Assembly (NCBI GenBank): GCA_023255955.1
Contig: JAGDWD010000007.1
Location: 71,929-135,928, forward strand
DNA from: Desulfurococcales archaeon
Lineage (GTDB): Archaea; Thermoproteota; Thermoprotei_A; Sulfolobales; NBVN01
Length of the DNA stretch: 64,000 bases
Direction: 5' to 3'
Part shown: piece after piece, positions 54,979 through 64,000 of the stretch
How the letters are laid out: each line of letters begins with the position of its first letter
Position numbering within the stretch: position 1 is the first letter of the stretch
Position numbers and translations under genes: made by a program
Notes under the pieces: model-generated
What the model was told of the DNA's origin: nothing
The model's database searches: none
The model's input: only the letters and a program-made list of their open reading frames with translations

Positions 54979-56034
54979 ATGAGTCAAGTAGCTATTAGAA
55001 GGATTGAGTTAGGGGAGGTCTCTCTATGTTTTAGGCACTTGGTTAGGGGTAGTCGGAAGGCTGCTGTCCTCATACATGGAAACCTCTCTTCGTCTCTAAT
55101 ATGGGATCATTTTATAGAGAGAATTCCAGCGGAGTTTGATGTCGTAGCTCCAGATCTGCGAGGATTCGGTGAGAGTAGTAAGGTACCTATTAACGCAACT
55201 AAAGGGGTAGCCGATTTCTCTGATGACATACTTAAGTTACTTAACTTCCTGAGCTACGATAGCTATGTTTTAGTAGGTCATAGCATGGGTGGTGGGGTAG
55301 CTATTCAGGTTCTTATCGATGCTCCTAGCTCTGTAAAGATTGATAGAATAGTGTTAGTGGATCCTATGTCTCCTTATGGATTTGGCGGTACCAAGGACGA
55401 GGTAGGTACTCCTGTCTATGATGATTATGCTGGGTCTGGAGCCGGGCTCGTACTTAGGTATAACCCGGAGTTCGTTAAGTTGCTGAAAGCTAGGTATCGA
55501 GGTGTAGACCACCCTTCAGCACCAGCTAATGTAGTGAGAGCTCTCTTTGCTGAGGACTTCATGATCCCTGAACCCGTTATGGATAGACTTCTCACAATGT
55601 TGTTTAGTGTAGAGGTAAGTGAGGACGTCTATCCAGGTGACTACGTGGAGAGTGTTAACTGGCCGTATGTAGCTCCAGGTACTAAAGGTGTGTTAAACGC
55701 GATAAGCCCTAAGTACCTGAAGCTTAGGAAGGCTCTTAAAGTCAGAAACAAACCCCCAATTCTCTGGGTGCACGGAGCTAAGGACATGATAGTGTCGGAC
55801 ATGTCCCCACTAGATATCGCAGTACTTGGAGCTGCTAGATACATACCTGGCTATCCTGGAGTAGAAAAATTCCCACCACAGCCTATGCTAAAGCAGATTC
55901 AGGTGTTCCTGGAGGAATACTCAGAGAAGGGAGGTACCTACGTGAAGAAGATGATGGAAGGTGTCGGCCACACACCTTTCATAGAGGCCCCAGAGGAATT
56001 CGCTGGAATACTGTCAAAATTCCTTCAGGACTAA
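54979..56034 (+). CDS. Alpha/beta-fold hydrolase
   Basis: It has HG (LIHGN), the nucleophile elbow GHSMGG, and a C-terminal GVGHTPF (catalytic His). Confidence 0.75.
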   Translation: MSQVAIRRIELGEVSLCFRHLVRGSRKAAVLIHGNLSSSLIWDHFIERIPAEFDVVAPDLRGFGESSKVPINATKGVADFSDDILKLLNFLSYDSYVLVGHSMGGGVAIQVLIDAPSSVKIDRIVLVDPMSPYGFGGTKDEVGTPVYDDYAGSGAGLVLRYNPEFVKLLKARYRGVDHPSAPANVVRALFAEDFMIPEPVMDRLLTMLFSVEVSEDVYPGDYVESVNWPYVAPGTKGVLNAISPKYLKLRKALKVRNKPPILWVHGAKDMIVSDMSPLDIAVLGAARYIPGYPGVEKFPPQPMLKQIQVFLEEYSEKGGTYVKKMMEGVGHTPFIEAPEEFAGILSKFLQD

Positions 56035-56265
56035 ACATTACTGCTTTTAGCAGACAAGCAGCTCATAACTGAATGTTCCATGGCCCAAGAATGAGACAGA
56101 AACTATCGAGTGAGGTTCAAACTATTAATTTTAACTCATCCACCAAGAGAAACCCGCGAACAACTTGAATTCTAAGTCATTAAAGCGGGAAGATCGCACA
56201 TGGAGTAAATTACAAGTTTTCAGTAGCTTTATGTGGTTTAACTTCGTAAATTTATCGGTGGTAGC

Positions 56266-56844
56266 GTGATTAGACTCTTTGTCGCGATTGAGATAGAGGA
56301 CGTTGAGACATGGAGGAGGATCTTAGATTTCAGGAATTCCTTAGCATCGTGCAGCATCAATGGAGGTATCAAACCAGTGGAAGACGAGAATATACACCTA
56401 ACTTTGAGGTTTATTGGTGAGGTACCCGATAACTACGTTGGGAGAATAATAGAGTACCTACGTGTGGTTGAGAACTTCAAAAAGTTTTCTATTACTGTCC
56501 AAGGTGTGGGGGCCTTCCCCAGCGTTGCTAGACCTAGGGTGTTGTGGGTTGGTATTACTAGTGGAGTAGATATTTTAAGACGTATTCGAAGCTCCTTTGA
56601 GGGTCAGCTAAAGTCTTTAGTTGGGGAAGATAGGGAGGAGTTCGTACCTCACATTACTGTAGCTAGGATTAAGGGTCGGTATAAGGTGGAATGCTTATCG
56701 GAGAACCTGAGGAGGTATGAGGCAACTATTTTCGGGGTTAGCCCAGTAACACAGGTCAAGCTAAAGAGAAGTCAGCTAACTCCGAAGGGCCCTATATACA
56801 CAGATATAGCAACGTTTAGGCTGAAAGATGATGTCCCAACTTGA
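56266..56844 (+). CDS. thpR: RNA 2',3'-cyclic phosphodiesterase (2H family, ThpR/LigT)
   Basis: Two HxTx motifs are present (HLTLRFIG and HITVARI). The start is GTG. Confidence 0.8.
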   Translation: MIRLFVAIEIEDVETWRRILDFRNSLASCSINGGIKPVEDENIHLTLRFIGEVPDNYVGRIIEYLRVVENFKKFSITVQGVGAFPSVARPRVLWVGITSGVDILRRIRSSFEGQLKSLVGEDREEFVPHITVARIKGRYKVECLSENLRRYEATIFGVSPVTQVKLKRSQLTPKGPIYTDIATFRLKDDVPT

Positions 56845-58240
56845 TGTGGTTTTGAATGAAGTTCTTGCTAAGGTGAGACCTACAGAACGTGAGAGAGAGC
56901 AAGCAATAGATATATACGAGAATATTAAGAGGGTAGTAGAGAAATCCCTCAACATCCCATATGACTTTAAAGTAGAGCTCCACGGCTCTGTAGCTAAGGG
57001 TACTGAGCTCAGAGGAGACATAGATCTCGACATATTCATACTTATAAGAAATGATGAGATCAGCCGGGAATGGCTCGAAGAAACTGTTATCAGACCTCTC
57101 TTTGAGGTACTTAGAGGTCTCTACAGTAATGTGAGGCTAAACTATGCTACACATCCATACATACATATCGACCTTAAGACCTTCGAAGTGGATATAGTGC
57201 CAGCATATTGGGCCCGCGACATATCCGAGATAAAGACCGCGGTAGATAGGACCCCTTTCCACACTAAATATGTAGTAAGTAAGCTAAGTGAGAAATCCAA
57301 AGATGAAGTAAGACTATTAAAGGCTTTCTTCAAAGGAGTAGGTGTCTACGGAGCTGAGATAAAAACCGAGGGATTCTCAGGGTACCTGACAGAGTTACTG
57401 ATAATTAAGTATGGGGAATTCGTCAAGGCCCTGGAGGCAATAACTTCCTGGCGTGTCGGGGAGGTAGTCGTAGTAGATAGGGAGCTAGTTAAAGAAGATA
57501 GTAGCTACTTGAGGAAAGTCTTTAGATCAGCTCTAATAGTGCCAGACCCTGTCGACCCCAGAAGAAACGCGGCTTCAGCTGTCTCATTGGAAACCCTAGC
57601 CAGGGTAGTGCTAGCTTCACACATCTTCCTCCTCAAGCCATCTCAGAAGTTCTTTAATCTTGAACGTAAGATTCCTCAGAAGGAGGACATAGAGAGGTTT
57701 GCTACCGCGATTAAGGAATCTGGTAGGGAGGCTGTAGGCATAGTCTTCAATATCTCTGAGGACATCTCACCGGAGGTTATATGGGGTAAGCTGAAGTCTA
57801 TAGCTAGGTCTTTCATGAACTACATGAGGAATGCTGGGTTTACTGTAGTTAGTTACACTACTTGGAGTAATGAGACTTCGGAGGCTGCTATTCTCATGAC
57901 TTTACTACCTAGAGAATTAACGCTGTATGAGCTACATCTGGGGCCTCCCTTAGGTAAAGTACTAGATCTTAAAGCTTTCATCTCTAAGTACTGGCTAAGT
58001 AGCGAGAATTTCGGACCCTACGTCACTCCAGACGGTAGGGTATTCACCCTCAGACGGAGAAGAAGTGTCCTACCAAATCAGCTTGCCGAGGAGTATGTCT
58101 CCACATTAAAGAGCGAGGCCGGCATCTCAGTTAGTAGGGTCTTGAAGAACCTTAACGAAGTCTACGAATTTATTGTTTCCAGGGAGGATCCCGAGCTCGT
58201 TGAAGCTTTCAGGAAGATTGCTCTCTTAGATGTTAACTGA
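56828..58240 (+). CDS. cca: CCA-adding tRNA nucleotidyltransferase (archaeal class I)
   Basis: HGSVAKGTELRGDIDLDIF is the catalytic motif. Tail-domain similarity holds throughout. It overlaps thpR by 17 nt. Confidence 0.9.
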   Translation: MMSQLDVVLNEVLAKVRPTEREREQAIDIYENIKRVVEKSLNIPYDFKVELHGSVAKGTELRGDIDLDIFILIRNDEISREWLEETVIRPLFEVLRGLYSNVRLNYATHPYIHIDLKTFEVDIVPAYWARDISEIKTAVDRTPFHTKYVVSKLSEKSKDEVRLLKAFFKGVGVYGAEIKTEGFSGYLTELLIIKYGEFVKALEAITSWRVGEVVVVDRELVKEDSSYLRKVFRSALIVPDPVDPRRNAASAVSLETLARVVLASHIFLLKPSQKFFNLERKIPQKEDIERFATAIKESGREAVGIVFNISEDISPEVIWGKLKSIARSFMNYMRNAGFTVVSYTTWSNETSEAAILMTLLPRELTLYELHLGPPLGKVLDLKAFISKYWLSSENFGPYVTPDGRVFTLRRRRSVLPNQLAEEYVSTLKSEAGISVSRVLKNLNEVYEFIVSREDPELVEAFRKIALLDVN

Positions 58241-58294
58241 ATTTAGAGTCTCCCAGGTTTACTAATACTGAAGCCTAACTTTATCGTAGATGTT

Positions 58295-60079
58295 TTAGGT
58301 GCTTCTAGACTTACTTATATATTCCTTAACGAGCTTAGAGTAGTACGATATTATCGCCTTCAGGTAGCTCTCCGTAACATGTCCGAGCGGGGTCGGGGTT
58401 TCAGTTACCCTTTTAGGTATCCTAACCTTTTCAGGATCGAAACCTTCTAAGAACTTTATAGCGTGTTTCTCTAGGTAGATAGCTCGACCTAGCTCTGTAA
58501 GTTGGGCTCCGTCTATGGTGTAACCTAAAGCTCTTAGAGCTTTCTCAACTATCTGTTTACTGTAGACACCTCGGGCGAATAAGCATATGACTAAGGAGTT
58601 CAACACCTGCCTCCACGATTCCTCATCAATTATGAGCTTAGCGGCTTCTTCCGGAGGTGGAAGTGTGCTACCTGAAGATACTAACTTCTCATCCATCGAG
58701 TAAGCTCCAGCATCAAGATGGGAATGTCGTGCTCCTATAACTAGAGAAGCATGGAAGAGCGGTCCAGTGTGGTAGCCCGCTGGCTCCACATTATTGTAGG
58801 CTAGGGCGAAGTCGAGACCCCCATACTTAGAGGCAGCATATTCAACTCCCATAGCTAGAGACCTATAGAATTCATTGGGTTGCTTTACTATGTAGCCGAT
58901 AGCCTCAACATAGCTTCTCCAGTCACCCCACTTAAGCTCTACTATGGTTTCCTTCAAGCTAATCACACCTTTCTCTAGAGCCTCAGTAGCCCATGCTAGA
59001 ACTACACCCGTGGAGATAGAGTCCAGCCCCTCATCTTCGACGGCCTTTATAACCTTAAGTAAGCCGTAGCTATCGTTAATACCTAAATTACTCCCTAGTG
59101 AGTATATAGGCTCATAGTCATATGGGACGTTCTCCACCTTATAGAAGTATTTCTCATCTTCATATTCCTCCCTTATAGCAGCTAGATGTATGCAGGCTAC
59201 TGGACATGCTAAACATGCCACCCTCCTCGATAAATGTTTCTCTGCGAGGCTCTCTCCACTTATATTTTCAGCCCCTTCAAACCTCCCACTACTGAAGTTC
59301 CTAGTGGGGAGAGCTTTAATAGCGTTCAGAGGATTCACGTTCGCTGCTGTGCCAAGGTCGTGGTACTTCCTTGTTGCTGCTCCCTTAGTCAGATCGTAGA
59401 TTTCCTTGTAGATCTCGCGATATGCTCTAACGTCCGGTAACCTAAATCCTTTCCTACCTATAACTACGAGTGCCTTAAGCTTCTTCGACCCAAATACAGC
59501 TCCTAGACCCATCCTCCCGAAGTGTCTGTAGGTCTCGACAGTGACGTTAGCGTATCTTACTAACCTCTCTCCAGCTCTTCCTATCCTCATTATTGTTCTA
59601 TAGCCAGCAGCTGGTAAAGCCTCCCTCAAAACCTTCCCGACAGTCTCAGAGCTCTTCATACCCCACAACGCTCCAGCATCTCTGAACCTAACCCTTTCCT
59701 CGTCGACGACGAGGTAGACAGGTCTATCGCTAGCACCTCTAATGACTATAGATCCGTACCCAGCAAACCTCATTACTGCAGCTGCCCTCCCACCTGCATG
59801 TGACTCCGCTATGAATCCATTAAGAGGTGACTTGAAAACTGCTACTACCTTAGATGCCATTGGGAAGACTCCGGTGAGCGGACCTATGGAGAGTATTATC
59901 GCGTTCTCCGGGCTTAGTGGATCCGCATCCTTTCCTACCTCCTCCTTATACAGTTGAACAGCTACTCCTACACCCCCAAGCCACTTACTGAAGAGGTCCT
60001 CCCTTTCTTCAGTCCAGAACAACTTTCTGGATAGATCTACATAGAGAACTCGACTAAGAGACTTAACCCAGTCAACCAA
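58295..60079 (-). CDS. aor: Aldehyde:ferredoxin oxidoreductase family (tungstopterin enzyme)
   Basis: The 594-aa product has the AOR N-terminal domain and the Cys motif region (CLACPVACIH). The start is TTG. Confidence 0.9.
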   Translation of the reverse strand: MVDWVKSLSRVLYVDLSRKLFWTEEREDLFSKWLGGVGVAVQLYKEEVGKDADPLSPENAIILSIGPLTGVFPMASKVVAVFKSPLNGFIAESHAGGRAAAVMRFAGYGSIVIRGASDRPVYLVVDEERVRFRDAGALWGMKSSETVGKVLREALPAAGYRTIMRIGRAGERLVRYANVTVETYRHFGRMGLGAVFGSKKLKALVVIGRKGFRLPDVRAYREIYKEIYDLTKGAATRKYHDLGTAANVNPLNAIKALPTRNFSSGRFEGAENISGESLAEKHLSRRVACLACPVACIHLAAIREEYEDEKYFYKVENVPYDYEPIYSLGSNLGINDSYGLLKVIKAVEDEGLDSISTGVVLAWATEALEKGVISLKETIVELKWGDWRSYVEAIGYIVKQPNEFYRSLAMGVEYAASKYGGLDFALAYNNVEPAGYHTGPLFHASLVIGARHSHLDAGAYSMDEKLVSSGSTLPPPEEAAKLIIDEESWRQVLNSLVICLFARGVYSKQIVEKALRALGYTIDGAQLTELGRAIYLEKHAIKFLEGFDPEKVRIPKRVTETPTPLGHVTESYLKAIISYYSKLVKEYISKSRST

Positions 60080-60080
60080 G

Positions 60081-60509
60081 TTAAACCACCTCCTCTAGGG
60101 CTATCACACCATGTGGGCAGAAACTAACACAATACCCGCAATGGGTGCATATCACAGGCTTCATAGACTCATGATCCCACATTACAGCCCCTATATCACA
60201 AGCTGATACACAGAAACCGCAGCCAATACACTTGTTAGGATTCAGGACTACCCCACCTCCAGACCTTAAAGCCAGCGCGTCAACTGGACAGGCCCTAGCA
60301 CACGGAGGATCCTTACACGCTCTGCAGACAATAACTGTAAAGCCTCTCTCAACACCTCCAGCAGATCTAACGGCTATCGCTGACTTACTGACCCCGACAA
60401 ACCCGAATCTATTTGTGCAAGCATAAACACATAGGTTACAGCCAACACATCTATTAGCATCAACTACTACAAGCCTCCTCAAATGTCTCACCTCCCCTAA
60501 TTCACTCAC
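60081..60509 (-). CDS. Poly-ferredoxin-type 4Fe-4S protein (likely electron partner of the AOR)
   Basis: Four CxxCxxCxxxC(P) motifs are present (CVGCNLCVYAC, CRACKDPPCARACP, CIGCGFCVSAC, CTHCGYCVSFCP). It lies 1 nt upstream of the aor start. Confidence 0.75.
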   Translation of the reverse strand: MSELGEVRHLRRLVVVDANRCVGCNLCVYACTNRFGFVGVSKSAIAVRSAGGVERGFTVIVCRACKDPPCARACPVDALALRSGGGVVLNPNKCIGCGFCVSACDIGAVMWDHESMKPVICTHCGYCVSFCPHGVIALEEVV

Positions 60510-60651
60510 TGTTGGATATATATATTAGATATGTAAGTACCAGAATTTGAAGTCCCTATACGTCACGTTTAGAGAATAAACTTTCCTACTTTTTAGCTAA
60601 AGAGTGAGATTGGTGTAGGGAACGGTTACGGGTAGGGAGGAGATATTTAGG

Positions 60652-63387
60652 GTGCGCATGTTCCGTGAGAGGAACTATCAGCGCCAGAAGTGCGGTACAT
60701 GCGGAGCCCACTTCTGGAGTTTAAAGCAGAGACCTGATTGTGGTGATACGCCCTGCACTGACTACTATTTCGACTCTATTTCTCTGAGGAGCCCACCTCT
60801 AACTGTCTTTGAAGCTAGGGAGAAGTTTCTGAGGTTTTTCCAGGAGAGAGGTCACGAAGTCATCGAGCCTTACCCTATTGTTGCTAGGTGGAGGGAGGAT
60901 CTATATCTAACTATAGCTTCCATAGCTGTATTTCAACCACATGTCACCAAGATGGTAGTACCACCCCCAGCTAATCCACTAGTCATAGCACAGCCATGTA
61001 TTAGATTGGAGGATCTAGGTAGTGTAGGTTACACTCTCGGGAGACACTTAACGAACTTCATTATGGGGGGACACCACGCGTTCAACTACCCAGATAAGTA
61101 CGTCTACTTCACTAACGAAACGGTGGAGCTGGCTATAGAGTTCTTTAGTAAGATTATTGGGGTACCTGAAGAAGAGATAGTGCTGAAAGAATCTTGGTGG
61201 GAGGGAGGAGGTAACGCAGGACCGTGCTTTGAGGTAGCAGTTGGTGGGTTAGAAGTAGCAACTCTAGTATTCATGATGTACGAAGTTAACGACGGTAACT
61301 ACGTGGAGATGCCTCTTAAGATAGTTGATACAGGTTACGGTATTGAGAGGATAGCCTGGCTCACACAGAAATCACCTACAGCTTTCCACGCAATCTATGG
61401 GGACCTCGTCGGGGCATACCATAAGATACTTGGAATCGAAGAACCTCCTCAGAAACTACTGTGGGCACTCTTCAAGCGCTCAGGGAGGCTAGATCTCAGA
61501 AATGTAGAGCAGTTCGAACTAGTTAAAAACTCTCTAAGTAGGGATGTCGGACTCCCGGTAGATGAGGTCTCTAGGTATTTAGATGGTGCGGTTCAGGTCT
61601 ACACAATCTTAGACCACATAAAGACAGCTATCCTAATGCTCTCAGACGGTGTTGTACCATCAAATAGTGGTGAGGGCTACTTAGCTAGGCTGGTGTTGAG
61701 GAGGGTCTTCAGGATCTTAGCTAAGCTTGGTGTTGGGCTGGGCGACATATATAAACTCGTAGATCTCCAGGTACGTACCTGGAGAACATTATTCCCAAGA
61801 CTTGAAGCTTCGGAGAACTACATTCACGAAGTTCTAGATATAGAGTACGGAAAATTCCGGGAGTTACTGGATAAAGCACCGTCTATTGTGAAGAGATATG
61901 TAAGTAAAAGCTCGCCAGGGCTGAGCCTCGATGAGTATATAGAACTATACGAAAGCCACGGTATTCCCCCGGAGCTAGCTGCTGAAATATCTAGTAAGCT
62001 CGGCTTCGCGACCTCAGTTCCAAGGGAGTTTTACTCGGTATTAGCATCTAGACGTACACGCGCACCCATAAAAAAAGTTGAGAAGGTATCTCTTTCAGAT
62101 GATGTTTATGAGAGAATTAAGAAGTTACCTCCTACACGAAGACTCTTCCATGAGGATCCTTATATGAAGTTGTTTAGGGCTAGAGTGATAGATGTTGTAG
62201 ATGAATACGTAGTTCTAGATCAGACAGCTTTCTACCCCGAAGGTGGTGGTCAGAAGGCTGATAAGGGTAAGCTAAGGATAGGGAACTCTGTTTACGAGGT
62301 CGAGCATGTGCTGAAAGTAGGTGATGTAGTACTTCATAGGGTTAAACCGGCATCATCAGGTAAGGATATAGTTGGTCAAGAAGTTCTGGGAGAGATAGAT
62401 TGGGATAATAGATACTCCCTTATGAGGCACCATACAGCAACCCACATATTGCTCGGTGTTCTTAGGAGGCTCTACGGCGACCATGTGTGGCAGGCTGGTG
62501 CCGAGAAGGATATCTCTAAGGGTAGATTAGATGTTACACACTTTAAGGTACCAACGCCCGACGAGTTGAGGATTATTGAGAGGGAGGTGAATAGGATCAT
62601 AAATGAGGCAAGACCTGTTCTCGTGAGATACTTACCTAAGTACGATGCCGAGAGGACGTACGGTTTTAGGATCTACCAAGGCGGTGTGCCTATGGAGTCC
62701 ACGATAAGAATAGTTGAGGTACCGGGTCTTGATGCTGAAGCATGTTACGGGACGCACCTGAGGAGTACAGCAGAGGTTGGAGGCTTTAAGTTGATTAACG
62801 TAGAGAAAATACAGGACGGTGTAATAAGATTCGAGTACGTAGCTGGCCCACAGCTAGTTGAGTATGCAAGCAAGTTAGAGAACGTAATCAGAGAAGCAGA
62901 AAACATGCTTGGTGGGGATATCCTTGAGAAAGTACCGAAGATCTTGAAGGAATTAAGTGATGTGAGGAAGGCGTTATCCACGTATAGAGACCTATACAAG
63001 AAGCTTGTTTTAGATAACATAGAAAGAAATAGGGTAGCAGTGTCAGACCGTTGCGGACTCTCCCTAATAGTTGTTGAGATCCCTGACGAAAAACTACTTA
63101 CGGAGCTTCTGAGAGACTATATAAAGAGAAAGACCAGCGACATTGTAGTAATTATATCTAGAGACCATGATAGGTCCCGCATCGAGATATCCGAGGGTGC
63201 CGACGTTTCGGAGAAGGTCAGAGCTACAGATCTAATCAATATGGTAGCAGAGAAAACAGGAGGTAAGGGAGGTGGTAAACACGATCATGCAGTGCTGACA
63301 GTGCTAAGATATCTTGAAGACGGTGAAATACAGGATATTAAGAAAGCTATCTACGATAAAGTGAAGGAACTTTGCAGCAACCCTTAA
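60652..63387 (+). CDS. alaS: Alanyl-tRNA synthetase
   Basis: The 911-aa archaeal-type AlaRS has an N-terminal Cys motif (CGTCGAHFW...CGDTPC), the editing-domain HxxxH (HHTATH) and a C-terminal DHHA1-like GGKGGGK. Confidence 0.95.
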   Translation: MRMFRERNYQRQKCGTCGAHFWSLKQRPDCGDTPCTDYYFDSISLRSPPLTVFEAREKFLRFFQERGHEVIEPYPIVARWREDLYLTIASIAVFQPHVTKMVVPPPANPLVIAQPCIRLEDLGSVGYTLGRHLTNFIMGGHHAFNYPDKYVYFTNETVELAIEFFSKIIGVPEEEIVLKESWWEGGGNAGPCFEVAVGGLEVATLVFMMYEVNDGNYVEMPLKIVDTGYGIERIAWLTQKSPTAFHAIYGDLVGAYHKILGIEEPPQKLLWALFKRSGRLDLRNVEQFELVKNSLSRDVGLPVDEVSRYLDGAVQVYTILDHIKTAILMLSDGVVPSNSGEGYLARLVLRRVFRILAKLGVGLGDIYKLVDLQVRTWRTLFPRLEASENYIHEVLDIEYGKFRELLDKAPSIVKRYVSKSSPGLSLDEYIELYESHGIPPELAAEISSKLGFATSVPREFYSVLASRRTRAPIKKVEKVSLSDDVYERIKKLPPTRRLFHEDPYMKLFRARVIDVVDEYVVLDQTAFYPEGGGQKADKGKLRIGNSVYEVEHVLKVGDVVLHRVKPASSGKDIVGQEVLGEIDWDNRYSLMRHHTATHILLGVLRRLYGDHVWQAGAEKDISKGRLDVTHFKVPTPDELRIIEREVNRIINEARPVLVRYLPKYDAERTYGFRIYQGGVPMESTIRIVEVPGLDAEACYGTHLRSTAEVGGFKLINVEKIQDGVIRFEYVAGPQLVEYASKLENVIREAENMLGGDILEKVPKILKELSDVRKALSTYRDLYKKLVLDNIERNRVAVSDRCGLSLIVVEIPDEKLLTELLRDYIKRKTSDIVVIISRDHDRSRIEISEGADVSEKVRATDLINMVAEKTGGKGGGKHDHAVLTVLRYLEDGEIQDIKKAIYDKVKELCSNP

Positions 63388-63389
63388 GG

Positions 63390-64000
63390 ATGGAAGTTAT
63401 AGAGGCTGCTAAGGACTATAAATACTTACTTAACCGTGGGTTTCCCCAGAAGGCTTCTCTGGACTTTGTTTCAGCTAGGTACAGACTCTCAAGAAGTGAG
63501 AGAAATCTCCTAATGAGGTGTGTCCATAGAGACATCGACTTAGAGGTAATAAAAAGAAGAACTGTAAGTAATGTAAGAGGGGTTGACTTAGTTATCGACG
63601 GCTACAACGTCTTTCTAACCGTAGCTTCAGCTATCGAGAAACTACCTCTTTTCCTCTGTGATGACGGATTTATAAGAGATATCAGGAGCACTTACACAAA
63701 AGACTTTAGTTCCCCAACCATTAAGGAAGCTATAGAAAACGTCATTAAAGCTATCGAGCTCTTAGGTGTGGGAAGCGCTCTCGTAGTTCTAGATAAGAAC
63801 ATCAGCTGGAGTGCTAGACATGCTGAGTTCTTAGCTCAGACCTATGGGGTCCCAACAGTAACAGCAACTAAGGCTGACATAGCTGTGATAGGCTCAGGGA
63901 GAGTTGTCTGTAGCAGTGACTTCGTAATTCTCTTACGCTCAGACAAGGTATACGACCTAGCTCAATTCGTAATTAGAAACATCTTACGTGATGTAAACAC
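63390..64000 (+). CDS. Hypothetical protein, 3' end beyond the window (DUF434-like resemblance, low certainty)
   Basis: The ATG lies 2 nt after the alaS stop. The open frame runs to the window end (MEVIEAAKDYKYLLNRGFPQKASLDFVSARYRLSRSERNLLMRCV...). It is absent from the ORF track because no stop falls in the window. Confidence 0.5.
   Translation, partial: MEVIEAAKDYKYLLNRGFPQKASLDFVSARYRLSRSERNLLMRCVHRDIDLEVIKRRTVSNVRGVDLVIDGYNVFLTVASAIEKLPLFLCDDGFIRDIRSTYTKDFSSPTIKEAIENVIKAIELLGVGSALVVLDKNISWSARHAEFLAQTYGVPTVTATKADIAVIGSGRVVCSSDFVILLRSDKVYDLAQFVIRNILRDVN

Overview
This is a chromosomal segment from a hyperthermophilic archaeon with a crenarchaeal/TACK-type gene set. Markers are reverse gyrase, topoisomerase VI A+B, thermosome, class I CCA-adding enzyme, Elp3, an RPC34-like protein and intron-containing tRNAs. 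GC is roughly 45-50% by eye. I did not identify the species. The window holds about 60 densely packed protein genes on both strands and 4 tRNA genes (Glu-UUC, Arg-CCU, Pro-GGG, Leu-UAA), three of them with introns at the canonical 37/38 position. Recognisable modules are: a four-component proline/sarcosine-dehydrogenase-like flavoenzyme cluster; a TAXI-TRAP transporter; an SSS symporter with its DUF3311 partner and an M20 peptidase; Mo/W-cofactor genes (moeA, MoaD-like, mobB fusion) plus an AOR-ferredoxin pair; a methanopterin-type pterin biosynthesis cluster; and a thpR-cca pair. Six things are not explained by ordinary annotation. (1) A family of at least 8 dispersed 40-50 nt hairpin elements lies outside coding sequence, and its stem mismatches behave as G-U pairs on one strand only. 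(2) An aRF1-type release-factor homologue has all three functional motifs altered (GGQ to GGW, NIKS to NIKL, YxCxxxF to YxTxxxF). (3) An NSS-transporter pseudogene carries a 296-bp insertion whose exact removal restores frame and helix spacing. (4) Several long ORF-free tracts exist: 665 bp between convergent genes with a perfect 15-bp inverted repeat, an AT-rich island at 21.5-24 kb with a GC-rich ~130-nt hairpin, and about 520 bp at 38.5-39 kb. (5) Two conserved genes (threonine dehydratase, RPC34-like) have essential N-terminal coding sequence upstream of any ATG/GTG/TTG. (6) No CRISPR array, rRNA gene or transposase was seen.
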